The notes under the pieces were generated by a model. The model searched no databases, was not told the origin of the DNA, and saw only the letters and a list, made by a program, of their open reading frames with translations. Shown piece after piece: positions 26,269-38,110 of a stretch of DNA of 64,000 bases (the first letter of the stretch is position 1; each line of letters opens with the position of its first letter). This stretch comes from Lama guanicoe (taxonomy: Eukaryota). A program made the translations under genes and the position numbers. Location: NCBI GenBank assembly GCA_013239625.1, contig MU054466.1, positions 2,108,001-2,172,000 of the forward strand, given 5' to 3'.

Positions 26269-26829
26269 GGTCTAGAGAAATCTCTTGAAGAATCAAGAGC
26301 CAATTTGTATCTAAATTCCTGGCAGAGCTCTCTCAGAATCAGAGCTTCCTCCTTACAACCCGCCTTGGACCACCTGGGCGGCTGGGATCCCAAAGAGAAG
26401 CAAAGAGGAGAAGGTAGCCCACGTCCATGTCTGCCGTGGCAGGTGCAGGAGTGAAGGCTGCACCGCGTGAAATACAGACAGACTTGGTGTCTTCATGAGA
26501 AAATGATCTATCTGATTTTTTTTACTTTTTTTTTTTTTTAAAGAAGAATTGGCCCACCAGATAGGGAGACACAAGGTTTCTCCTGTGCGTCACCATCTTG
26601 ACCACCTCTTTTGCTCTGTGGTTGACGACAGTCCTTCCTTCATACTCCTGCCTTCTCCAGATCAAGCAAGGGGCATTAGGGCTGCCCCCTAGCCCAGAAC
26701 ACCTACCTTCCTTCCTGTGTGCCAGCTTCAGGGATTCTCTTTTTAAACTACCTCCAAGTAACCAGTGAACCAGCCACTCTTTCCTCCAGAGAACCCAGCC
26801 AGCTCAAAGCTCCATTGACCCTCTCCACG

Positions 26830-27490
26830 GCATTTACTCTCAAAAATACAATTCCAATACAGTAAAGATTCTAGTCTCCCAGCGTGGATTTCCAATTANN
26901 NNNNNNNNNNNNNNNNNNNNNNNNNNNNNNNNNNNNNNNNNNNNNNNNNNNNNNNNNNNNNNNNNNNNNNNNNNNNNNNNNNNNNNNNNNNNNNNNNNNN
27001 NNNNNNNNNNNNNNNNNNNNNNNNNNNNNNNNNNNNNNATTTTTAAGTGGATAGAGGCGGAGTGGTGGGGAATAAATCCAATGGGGGCTAGGGCTAGAGA
27101 AAAATACTGATAAAACAGCAGTGGGGTGAGCATGAGAAGGCAAGACTGGGGCTTCCTCAACTTCGATGCGAACATTTCTTCCAAATATATGGCGTGTTAG
27201 TGGCAGCAAGGATTGATCAGAGTCTGATCCGGGAAGATCCTGCTCTTAAATGAGAACGGCTTTGCGCACTGGGCTCTCCGTTAACAGGCGCATTCCCTGC
27301 CCCCACTGGGAGGTAATTTACAAGCCCAGCTTCCAAGTGTAATCTTCCCGCATTGTACTGCTCCATGGTGCCTCCCCGAATTGCAACACGGACCAGGTCT
27401 ATAAAAGACGCTTCGTAGGAAATCGCAGCCACACAGGCATTCCTCCCCCTGCCACTTCCCCCATCTCCACCACCACCAAACAAGTAAACA
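26830..27490 (+). promoter_or_regulatory. Candidate conserved enhancer or TATA-type promoter spanning an N-gap
   Basis: CCAAT at 27078-27082, GTAATTTA, ATTGCAAC, TATAAAAG at 27400-27407 and GTAAACA near 27484; about 14 CpGs in 27161-27430 although the adjacent DNA is CpG-poor. Confidence 0.45.
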
Positions 27491-29924
27491 CACAGGTGCT
27501 AAGCATAGAAATTAGCTTGTCTTTCAGGAGATGCTAATGACACAAGTTGGGAGGGCATGAGGTGGAGCCAGAAAGGAAACTATTGGACCCGCAGAGGCCA
27601 CGGGCACCAGGCACCAGCAGGGAGATGGGCTAGGTGGTTCTAAGAGCAGCCTGCTTCTCTTTGGGGGTCAGAGAATAAGAAAGCTGAATCTAGAGAAAGC
27701 CTAAAGGAAGACTCTGCTGGTGAGAGTGTGCAGGGTCTCAGAGGGGTGCAGAAGACTCATTTGGGTGGGGTGGATGTTTTGGTGAAAAGCAGCCATCAGC
27801 AGGGCTAGCCACTGGCCACCTCCAGCCAAACAGTGAGATCATTTACACCCTTCTGTGTTTGGCTCAGAAGGCAGGAGCGTGGGCAGTGCTGGACACCCCA
27901 GGGGTTGGCTGGAGCTGTCCCTGATGCTGAAGGGCTCACTCTTCCAGGGTTGACATGTTGAATGGTTCCAACTTTCATTCCTGGCTCCCAGGAGGGTTTC
28001 AGCTCTGGACCTCCATGTCCAGTCCCTGTCCCCACCCCTGGAAGAGGAAGAGATTGGCTCCAGGCTGGGAGGGTTATCAGGCAGCAGCAGCGATGAGAAA
28101 TTGGGCCACAGAGCAATTTGAAGGTCCCNNNNNNNNNNNNNNNNNNNNNNNNNNNNNNNNNNNNNNNNNNNNNNNNNNNNNNNNNNNNNNNNNNNNNNNN
28201 NNNNNNNNNNNNNNNNNNNNNNNNNNNNNNNNNNNNNNNNNNNNNNNNNNNNNNNNNNNNNNNNNNNNTAGGGAAGTAAGAAGAGGAACAGACGGCTCCC
28301 CCCATCTAATGCAGCAACTCTCAGCAGGAGGAAAGGCTGGGTGCTGCTAAGAGCAGCACAAGGCCCTCAGCTGGCTGCCAACTTCCCCTAAACCTCCTTG
28401 CCAGTGAATTCTCAGAAACCTCATGCCTTGGAACTGGAGAGCTGTGTCGATGCCAGAACAGCACCAGACCCCAGTGCTAGAGTAGATCAGGAAAGAGGAG
28501 GGCTTCCCCCTGTCAGGACTGAGAGGGACCAGCGGGCTAGGAGGTTAGCAGGGGTGGGGGCCCCAGAATCGCCTCACGCCGAAGTCTCCCACACCTCCAC
28601 CAGACGTGTCCCACTTCCCTTCTCTCAGCAATCTTTAGGGGGACTAAAGAAGCAAGCAGCATCCATTGCCCCTTTCTCTGCTGCACTGTCCTCTAGTGGG
28701 CAGCAATTCATGTAACTTTCCTGGTGTCTTTTGGGTTGCGAGGCAGGGCTGATGCTAGCCAGGGTCCTGCCTACCCCTCCCTCCTCCTTGCCCCGACTCA
28801 CTGCCCTCAAAGCCTGAGACAGGAGCTCATATTTGGCCTCTGTCACCCTGGGGGTATGAGGAAGAGAGTTTGCAGGTAAATGTTTGTTCCTCTGCTTCCT
28901 GGAAGACAGGTATATCCCTGCCCCCGTGAGGCCTGAAACAAGTTTGGTTCCTATGGTACTTCATTGGAAGAGCCTCCTGTCCCCGACTGCCCACCGGCCA
29001 CCTCCCTGCTCCATCTTCCTGCTCCTGTCTGCAGCTTGGCACTGGCCGCCTGACACAGTGCACCTGCGTCCCCAGGGCCACGCGCTTCGCCAGGGCAGCG
29101 CTGCCTCTCTGGGCCTTTGTGGCCTTAGGCTCATAATGAGCTTTTAATGAGCTGATGCTTTGGCTTTAGGGGGCACGAAGGGGCAGAAGAAGAGCCAAGT
29201 GCCAGCCCCTCATATTCTGCTCCCTGCAGCCTGAGGTTGCTTTTTAACTGGCTGAGTGCAGAGGCTGAGGCCATAGGCAGATGCTTGATCCAGAGCCTTT
29301 CAGGTTTGTTCAGAATTTGGAGGACCTGACTTTCACAGTCCTTGGGCCCCAGCTACCCTCTGGCCATCACTCTCTCTCCACAGGAGGTCACTGGGTCTGT
29401 TCTGTCCCTTTGTGGTCTCTCCTCAACCAAGGCTGGAGGAAGGGGCACTGGTTTCTCTGTTAAGTAAGATTTATTTTAACTGATGTCAAAGTGAAGAGTC
29501 TAACTATTTCAACTGCTGTCTTTATGAAGAGACAGAAGGCACAGGATGGAGCCTTGCTGACTCCACCCTAGGCAGCTCAGACCCAACCCCTGTGGATGAA
29601 AGAACACACTCTGGCCCCTTCCCATGGGGTCTGCTGTTTTGTGTCTTCATTCAGTTCTAACTGAACTTGACACAAATTCACAATGGGAGATTCCCAAACG
29701 TCATGTGTACAGACTTCCCTTCCTGACACCCTGAATTATGTGGGGCTTCTCTTGGACCCCTCCCCTGGAGCATGCAGCCTTGTTCTGCAAGTTCTGGTGG
29801 ATGACCCTCAGTCCCTCTTGGGAGTTAGAGGACGTGACAGTGGCTCCAGCTGCTGGTCCATGCTCCCCCTTGGCATTCCTTCAAGGCTTTTCCCCTTTGA
29901 ATAAAATTAAGGTGGAAAAGGTTT

Positions 29925-30115
29925 GTGTGAGACACAAGGTGGAATTTCTTGACAGCTGGGGTGATAAAAATCTGAATGAGCTCCCCAGAGAGATGTCAGG
30001 GTCTCCTTCAGTGAAGCATTAAAAAAAAAAGTGGCAGTCCCTGAAAGCGCCAATGACTGCTGGCTAGAAAGAGGGAACTGGACGCTATGATCCCAGTTCC
30101 CTTCCATCTCCATCA
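29925..30115 (+). mobile_element. L3/CR1 LINE 3-prime end
   Basis: aatttcttgacag...tgaatgagctccccagagagatgtcagggtctccttcagtgaag...actggacgctatgatcccagttcccttcca resembles the L3 3-prime terminus. Confidence 0.55.
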
Positions 30116-30749
30116 CCCATGCCTTTATTTGCGCTTCTTTCTCCCTTCCAGGGACTGTGTCTCACTGGGGTTGAGTGGCGACAGGAGAGACAAGATGCTG
30201 GAGCTGTCCCTGGTGCTGAAAGGCAGCAAGTAGGGGAGCGGAGGGCAACCTTAGTGCTCAGGAAGGCTACCTTGGGTGGGCTGCATGGAGCAGTAAGTTC
30301 TGTAGGTTTTCCCTGGCCCCACAGCCTCTGCCAGTGACAAACCTGTAACACGAGCCCTTCCCTGATGTGAGCAGAGGCTGTCATCAGTCATGTCTGCACT
30401 GGGGACCCTGCCATCCAAGGGCATTTCATTGGTGAGCCAGCAAGAGCTGGAATTTTCATGTCCAAGCAAATATGCAGACTTCCTGTGCCCCTCAGCACTC
30501 TTTCTCTTCTGCAGTCACTCTCAGGGTTGACACAGGGAACCAAGTAGATCTGCCCAGATGTACATGGGACAGGAGAGCTCCAGAGGTGGGCCAAGCTCAG
30601 GGTGTGAGATGAGGATCCAGGAAATTGAGCATCTTGTGGCAGATCAGCTAGGACCCCCACAGAAGGGCTTCCTCCCTCCAACAGCAGCTTCTCTCCTTGG
30701 CTTCGTCATAGAGTTCAGCAACCCTACTGAGTTCTCACGACCTCTTGCC

Positions 30750-30905
30750 TAATGAGAAAGAGGAAATTCAAGATAATTGCCACACAGACCGAGCAGCAGT
30801 GTGATTAGTAAATGCCCAAGCTATTGCAAATGACGATTACGTTAACAGATTTGGTTTGGGGTTGATCCTGTTAGGAGAAAAGCCAACGGCTAATGATGAG
30901 GGTGC
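30750..30905. promoter_or_regulatory. Candidate conserved non-coding element
   Basis: CTAATGA (twice), ATAATTG, TGATTAG, TTGCAAAT and GATTAC clustered in unique AT-rich sequence. Confidence 0.4.
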
Positions 30906-30984
30906 TTAACGGAGCACATGAGCCAAGCACAGTCGTGGAAGGGAAGCTGAAGGCTCGTGCGAGTCTGCAAGCTGGGAGGCTTGT

Positions 30985-31170
30985 TTTCCAGCCTAAACTC
31001 TGCCCCTCACTAGTTGTGTGACTTTGGGCCGCCTCTGTGGTCCTAGAAGTGTCATCATAAACCAAATGGGCATCATGCTACCTTCCCCATCCACCATGTG
31101 AGGATCAAGTCAGATGAAAAGGTCAGGAAAGCACTGAGCCAGTGCAAGGTATTGTTACCGTTAGCAATCA
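30985..31170 (+). mobile_element. MIR
   Basis: ctctgcccctcactagttgtgtgactttgggc ... atgtgaggatcaagtcagatg ... gaaagcact. Confidence 0.75.
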
Positions 31171-34100
31171 ATAATCATAGTAAATCACCACTTTTCTCCT
31201 TTGTACACTCGCATGCCTGAGAAGTTGGAGCAAACAGTCAGGCTCTTAAGGCTTTAGAAAAAATTCTGCCCCTGTCCCTCCTCTGGCTTCTGTGGGTTCT
31301 GGGGCCAGCCTCCTGAATGGTGGCTTGGTCACAGCTGGCACCAAAGAGCACGGATCTGTTTCTCCAAGGCTCTCTCGGCCCAGGCTGCCTCCTTGCCAGG
31401 AGCTCATGGCCCAGATGCAGCAGGAGCCTGCAAAGAGCTTTCCAGGGCTGCAGCTGCCGAGGCCTCTTACCCACCAAGCCCCGAGGTGGAACATCACAGC
31501 GCTGCCTGATTTCAGATGTTCTTTTTGCTCTGTGCTGAGCGCTCTCCTCCCCTCCAGAAGAGGAGAAGGGAGAAGTCCTGGGGGTTCATTTAAAATAAAT
31601 AAAGCTTGGCAACAGTGCTGAGTGGGAAAAGCAGGGTGGAATGGCACCCACAGCCCTTCTCTGAGAGCATTCCTCCAGCTCCTGGGCCCCAAGGGGAGAG
31701 GAACTTGCCAAAGAAAGATGTGCTTATAACTGCAACCCTGTGCAACTTCTTCTGGCTTTGCCCATATATCTCGAGTGTGCCCTTTGNNNNNNNNNNNNNN
31801 NNNNNNNNNNNNNNNNNNNNNNNNNNNNNNNNNNNNNNNNNNNNNNNNNNNNNNNNNNNNNNNNNNNNNNNNNNNNNNNNNNNNNNNNNNNNNNNNNNNN
31901 NNNNNNNNNNNNNNNNNNNNNNNNNNNNNNNNNNNNNNNNNNNNNNNNNNGGGGACAGCAACAGTGGGTGGGGGGTCCCCACTGAAGTGGAAGGTGGGTG
32001 CTGGCCATGGCTTCCTGGGCCAGGACTGACTTTCCCTCTGCATTGCCAAGCACTTGGTGGCTCAGGGATGCAGAGGGACCCAGGGGTGAGGAGCACCCCC
32101 AGCACCCCTTCCTTATAGGCCTTCCCTCAAAGTGGAGGCTCTGGTTGGTGTGAGTGGGCCCTCTGCTGGACACCTCCAGCGTGGCCCTGTCAGCCAGGGC
32201 AGCCAGTGGCCCTGTCCTCACAGGGGCTTCTCTGCCAACTCCTCTGCCCTTTGGGAGAATTGGACACACCAGGATGAAGTGGAAGCAGCCCCAATCCCAA
32301 GTTAGGGAAGACCCCACCTTCAGAGAGTCTGGGGGTCTCCTTCATTTTACAAGGTGACTAGAGAGCTTCCTGTCCTCAACTAGACATTTCCCCAGTGTCG
32401 TCTGTTGGAGGCACCCCAAGCAGCCCTGAGCTTGGAGCCGTCCCCTGACTCTATCCCTGTTCCCTTAGCTGTGGAATTGGGGCATGAATTCCCCTGGGAG
32501 GGTGTTCAGTTGGTGATGTGGGCGTCTGGTTGGTTCACGTAGAAGATACTTCTTGGGTGACAGCATGCCTGCTCACACACACCCCTGCCACCTGAGCCTT
32601 GCCCACCCTAGCCCACTCCACTGTGGAGATGCCGTGTACAATTCTGCTGCTCCTGCCTCCTTGGTCCCCCAGCGCTCATGCCCAAGCCTGTGCCAAACAC
32701 CCCGACGTTGGGGCAGGGAGCTCTGGCTCTGCTGGAAGCGCTGAGCACACTGTCTTTGTGTGGCCCAGCTGCAGCCGGAGACGGTGAGCTCACCCCTTGT
32801 ACTGGGACATCTTTGCCAAGCTCCGCGCTGTCCTCCCTGCATGAGCGAAGCCTAAGGACACTCAGAGGGGGCACTCAGAAGGGGAAAGAGGCGCAGGCTG
32901 ATGAGTAACCCAACCCTCCACCCAATCTCCCCGAAGGGATCGCAGGGCATCCTGTTTCCTGCTGGAATCTGCCAACGGGCAGCTTTGGAATTTCCAAAGG
33001 ATGAGAGATGGGATATTAGCTTAGGCAAAACTCTCCCAGATCATTTGGCCAGAGAATTGCCACCTTTGTTAAAAACACAGATGATTTTAAACACTTTGGC
33101 ACATGCTCTCCCAGGGAGACCCCGTGTGCCCATTTCACAGAGGTGCACACCACAGAGATGAAGGGTGTTTGCAAAGCTATGTGGGCCTGGATCTCCCAGG
33201 CTGGCTCGCCCAGAGTGGGTGGGGGAGGGGGGTGGCACCTGCACCCGGCAAGGCCTCCTCCAGGGAAGGTGACACGGAGACGGGGCAGGAAGGAGCTAGG
33301 AGATCTCCAAAGCCTTGGAACCATCCGGACCTTCTGAGGCGCCTCCTTGCCTGATATTTATAGTGGTGCCCAGGAGCGCAGAAATAATTACAGCTCAGTT
33401 CCTGCCTCCCTAACAAGGCCCTTCTCAGATTCAGGGTGAATAGGATATTTTTTTTTCTTGGCTCTTTTTTTAAGTAGTGAATATTAGCACTGGATTGACA
33501 GCTCTTCCCAGCTCACAGCCTCCTTTCGCCCCAGAAGCGGGGGCAGCTGAGCACTGGGCCCCCGGGCTTCCCCCACTCACTGCTCAGGGCCACCCACCCT
33601 GGCCCAGGAGACACCAGGGGCTCCAGAGGGCTGCGAGGGGTCCAAGGGACCTGAAGAACGTTGCAGCCCACAGTCTGATGCGTTGCCTCTGCACCAGGCA
33701 TTGGAGGTCCTGGGTGGGGATGGCAGAGACTCAGAAACAGTCACGCTAGATGCATTTCTTGCCATTAGAGGGACCCAGTGCATCCCAGGAGCACAGAGCA
33801 TGCTTCCCCTTTCTCCTCCAGACCACGGACAAGGGGTGGACCTGACACCAGTGGGACAGCCACCCTAGGGGCACAGACCCTTCTGCAGCAGCCTGGCTCT
33901 GCCCTGTCAGTGCCCTCCGGCAGCTGTGGTTGACTCACCACAATGGGACGAGCCTCAGGGTGGGGGTGGGGCCAGGGACGACCACACTCGTCCCTGCCAG
34001 GAGCTACTCCAGGCATTGGCATGAGGCTGTGAACCAGACAGCAAGCTCCCTGCCCTCCTGACACCTCGACTATTGAAGGGGAGACCGAGAGGCCACCAGC

Positions 34101-34524
34101 GGGGCTATTTAGCTGTTCCGCGGCCTGACACACACCCCTGCCTCGCCACAAAGACACCCCTCAGTGGACCGAGGCCTCTTCAATTTACCATTTAATAACT
34201 GGCTCGTAGTGGAAGTCACCAGTCCAGGACACAGCGCAGGAGGCCCTGGGCATGCAGCCCCATCCTGAGAAATAAGCCAGACATACACATTGTTCAGATC
34301 CTTTTTGTGGAGGTTTTCTTTCGATTCTGTTTTGCTGTTCTCACTCTTGCTAGAGCCTAGGTGTGATTAGCTGGCTGATGGAAGCAGGTGTCCAGACATG
34401 CTCTCTGGGCCCGACACTCTCTGGAGGTGAGGCTGGAAGGCAGGTGGCTGGGCTGAGAGGCCCACTGATGACCAGGCAGAAGGCTGCTGGAAGCAATACC
34501 AGTACTGAGACTGGCATTACCACC

Positions 34525-34800
34525 ACCCTGGCTTTCTCCAGGTCAACAAATGAGCTCAGGGGTCCCTCCAAGAAAGCTTCCCTGGCCGAACCCAAGGTTT
34601 CAGCTCACCTCAGATTTGAGCTTCCGCTATGCTGGGCTGTCATAGCTCTTAGCACAGTAGGCTGCAGTCTTGGTTTGCTGGCTTGGTTTCCCCACCAGAC
34701 AGTGTGCTCACTCCAGTGCAAAGAATTTTATTTGTACGGCTCCAGCATCTGGTGCCGTGTCTGCACGCAGTGGATTCTCATTAAGAAAATGCATGAGAGC
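34525..34800 (+). mobile_element. L2 3-prime fragment
   Basis: cctccaagaaagcttccctggcc ... tccccaccagacagtgtgctc ... ctccagcatctggtgccgtgtctgcac. Confidence 0.6.
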
Positions 34801-35654
34801 TGTGTGTTTAGGATGCACTCCCAAGTCTTCTTATGGGAAGGATAAAGCGTTCATCTCAAGAGATGCTTGGTGACAACGGTGAATTAGCAAGCGGATGGTT
34901 CGCAGGCAGGGTGGACGTGGAGCCCAGGACCAAAGGTGAATACTCCATGGCTGCCCCAAATTTTCTGGGTGACAGCTGACAGGGCTAGGGGAGGACAGAA
35001 GGAGAGGGAAGGCTTCTGAAACGGGGGCAGCAGAGATGCCCGGGCCACTCTGGGGTGCCACACTCTGCAGAAGAACTCTCTGCAAAGACTCTGCTGGCAA
35101 ATGCTATACCCAGCTGGGTGTTCTTGCCCCAGATGCCCGAGGCCTTGGTGCTGGGTCACCCCATCACTGTCCTAGGCTGAAGGGGCCCCTCGTCTGAGAT
35201 GCTAAGTTAATAACCTGTCCAGCTCACAGGCAGGGGTGGCCTCTGCAGGTCCACAGTCAAGTGCCCCCATCCCCACTTCCTGCCAATGCCACCCCTGGGG
35301 TCAGCACAGTGAGAGATTCCCAAAACAAGGTCAGGCAAGGGTGGCTACCTAACACGATGGATCAGCTGTTCCCGCCACCATCTCTCCTTTGACCTTTGTC
35401 CCTTCTTCTATCTGCCTCCCTGCCAGACGTTGCACCCCCTTTCTTTCTTAGGGAAAGATAAGCAGGAGGCTGTTTTGTTCAAGAGACATGGGGTGCCTCA
35501 GAGAAGGGCGTCCAAGGGTCACACACCTGCTAGCTGTGTTCATATCAAGCTTGTTCCCAAACTGCTTGGAGGGAACACGTCCGCAGCATCCCCCAACCCC
35601 GCTGCTTCTTCCTAACTGGCCCTTGTGGACCCGTCCTGCAGCAGATGCTATAAG

Positions 35655-35795
35655 ACATCTCAGACATCACCCAACCAACCTTTCAGCTTGGAGGAAGAAA
35701 CCGAAGCCCAGAGAGGACAAGCAACTTTGCTAAGATCACACAGCGAGTGAGGGTGCCTCCACCTGCCTCCCAAGCCAGTGCTCTTCTCACTGCCA
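35655..35795 (-). mobile_element. MIR
   Basis: gaagaaaccgaagcccagagaggacaagcaactttgctaagatcacacagc. Confidence 0.75.
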
Positions 35796-36096
35796 AGGGG
35801 TCCAGGCTCTGCTTCCCTCCAGAGTGGGGCCTGCTCCCACAGTGAGGTCAGGAGTCACAGGTGCTTCTAGGTAGGACAGGTGAGTCCAGAATTGATCCTA
35901 GGTATCTGGGATTTGCCCCGTTCCTGGGGGAAGTATGCATGAGTAGGGGAAGAGGTTGGGCATGCCCCCTGCTGTCTCTACCTCTAATGGTGGCAAGTGG
36001 CAGACTGTCCCTCTCACAACCACACTCACCTGTGGCTTGTCCTGTCAAAATGGGCTTGGCTAGGGGGCATCTGACAAGTGTGAATGCATGGCAGGC

Positions 36097-36098
<2 letters not shown>

Positions 36099-36130
<32 letters not shown>
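36099..36130. repeat. (GT)16 microsatellite followed by a CA-rich tract (36153-36173)
   Basis: Directly visible in the sequence. Confidence 0.97.
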
Positions 36131-36132
<2 letters not shown>

Positions 36133-36449
36133 CTGCAGATTTATGCACATGTACACACACCACACACACACACTTGTCACGGTGGAAGCACAGGGACACA
36201 GTCAAGACCTCTGCCAGGTGCTGACCAGGGTCAGGAATCTCACAGTGATTCTGGCTCCGTTGATGTGTGAGCGCCAAGTCCAGAGTGGGTATAAAGAGGG
36301 GAGGATGCGTTGTAGCCAGTGCCCCTTGAAATCCTCCCCCGCCCCCTGTATATTAAGTATCCACAAGTCCATGTGCCTGCGGCAATCCTGGGGTGTAAAT
36401 ATGGCCTAGGGGCCAGTGGGAGAGGCTCCCAGGGCGCCCAGCTGGGTTT

Positions 36450-38110
36450 CCAATCCCTGGGCAGCGCGAGAAGCGTTTTCAGCAAGGAAGCCTCTGCGTA
36501 GATGCCCTCATTACATCACCGACATCCCCGCCACCAAGCCGGCCTCCCTTAGAAGAGGCGCTTCTCCGAACGCCAAGCAGGACGAAGCGCCTTCCGGTCG
36601 GGCCGCAGAGCCGCTCCTTCCTTCTCTCCGCAGCGGCCCATGGACAGAGCAGGGGCAAAAGGAGATTCCAGGCCCCAAACCCGGGCCGCTGGAGGCGGGG
36701 AGGAGGAGCGGAGGGAGGGGCCGGTGCGAGGGTGCGAGAGCTGGCNNNNNNNNNNNNNNNNNNNNNNNNNNNNNNNNNNNNNNNNNNNNNNNNNNNNNNN
36801 NNNNNNNNNNNNNNNNNNNNNNNNNNNNNNNNNNNNNNNNNNNNNNNNNNNNNNNNNNNNNNNNNNNNNNNNNNNNNNNNNNNNNNNNNNNNNNNNNNNN
36901 NNNNNNNNNNNNNNNNNNNNNNNNNNNNNNNNNNNNNNNNNNNNNNNNNAAAGTGACGGACTCCCTCTTCCCCGCTCCCCTTCATCCATTCTCTCGCGCT
37001 TAGAGCCTCTCTTGCCATATTCTCGCGCGCGCTCTCTCCAGCATCCCCGCCCGGGCAGGGGAGCACCGGGCAGAGGCGCGCCGCTTTCCTTCCATGTCTC
37101 CCTTTTAAAGAGCGCCACGAGGGGGAGGGGAGGGCCGGAGGAGGAAGAAGAGGAGGAGACCGAGAGGGCGCCCGGGAGGCAGGGCGCGCGCACACACCGA
37201 GGGACGCGCGGAGGGTGCGAGCCGCGCAGCGAGCGCAGAGCNNNNNNNNNNNNNNNNNNNNNNNNNNNNNNNNNNNNNNNNNNNNNNNNNNNNNNNNNNN
37301 NNNNNNNNNNNNNNNNNNNNNNNNNNNNNNNNNNNNNNNNNNNNNNNNNNNNNNNNNNNNNNNNNNNNNNNNNNNNNNNNNNNNNNNNNNNNNNNNNNNN
37401 NNNNNNNNNNNNNNNNNNNNNNNNNNNNNNNNCCCGCGCCGCCGCCCACACCCGCACTTGGCCGCCTCCGCGTCGCCGCGGGGGCCCCGCTGCGCTCCCC
37501 GCGTCATGGCGCCGGGGCCCGGTGGGGGGAACTGCGCCCCTGCGCGGCGGCCGAGCGCGGGGGTGCCTGGGGCGCGCGCGGCGCGGGGCCGGGGGCCGGA
37601 GTTTGGGGCGTCGCTCGCAACTTTTCCGAAGGCGCGGGAGGGGGCGGCGGGCGGAGTCTCCGGGGAAGCCGGAGGGGAGGGGGCGGGGGCTCTCGAAGCC
37701 CTGGTCACTTTGGGGAACTTCGCGCCGGGCCGCGGGGGGCGCGGGGGCGGGGAGCGGGGCCCCACTCTGGCCGCGTCGGGAAAGCCAGGGGGCCGCGCGG
37801 AGGCGGCGGGGGCGCGGAGCTCCACTGCAGCGTGGACCGCGCGCTGGGCCTCGGGGGAGGCGGGCCACCCGCCTGGTGGGGCTGGCGAGGGAGGCCCCGG
37901 GAGCTCCTGCCGGGGAGGGGGCTGGGCCAGACTTTTGCAATCTGCGGGGCTACGCAGAAACCTCAGGCTGGCGACTAGGGCAGGAAGCCCAGCTACTCTG
38001 AGCCCCCAAATCCCCAGGACGCTACCCGGGGAGGTGCGCGCAGAGCATCCGCTGCCGCCTGCTTACTGGCCGGGATGTGGGGGGCGGGGGTCCTGCGATC
38101 CCACCCAATG
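36450..38110 (+). promoter_or_regulatory. CpG island promoter and probable first exon of an unidentified + strand gene
   Basis: Very high GC and CpG density. Contains YY1-like GCCATATT (37014-37021), TATA-like CTTTTAAAG (37102-37110), CTCF-like CCACGAGGGGG (37115-37125), a purine-rich leader from about 37135 and G-skewed G4-type runs downstream (37730-37815). The exon end probably lies in or near the gap at 37242-37432. Strand is inferred. Confidence 0.8.

Noticed and set aside
26515-26560. Poly-T run as a possible tail of an antisense lineage-specific SINE
   Set aside because: The following sequence does not continue into any tRNA- or 7SL-derived SINE body I recognise.
27505-27720. Possible CR1/L3 RT fragment (gctaatgacacaagttgggagg)
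   Set aside because: The similarity is limited to about 20 nt, too weak to call.
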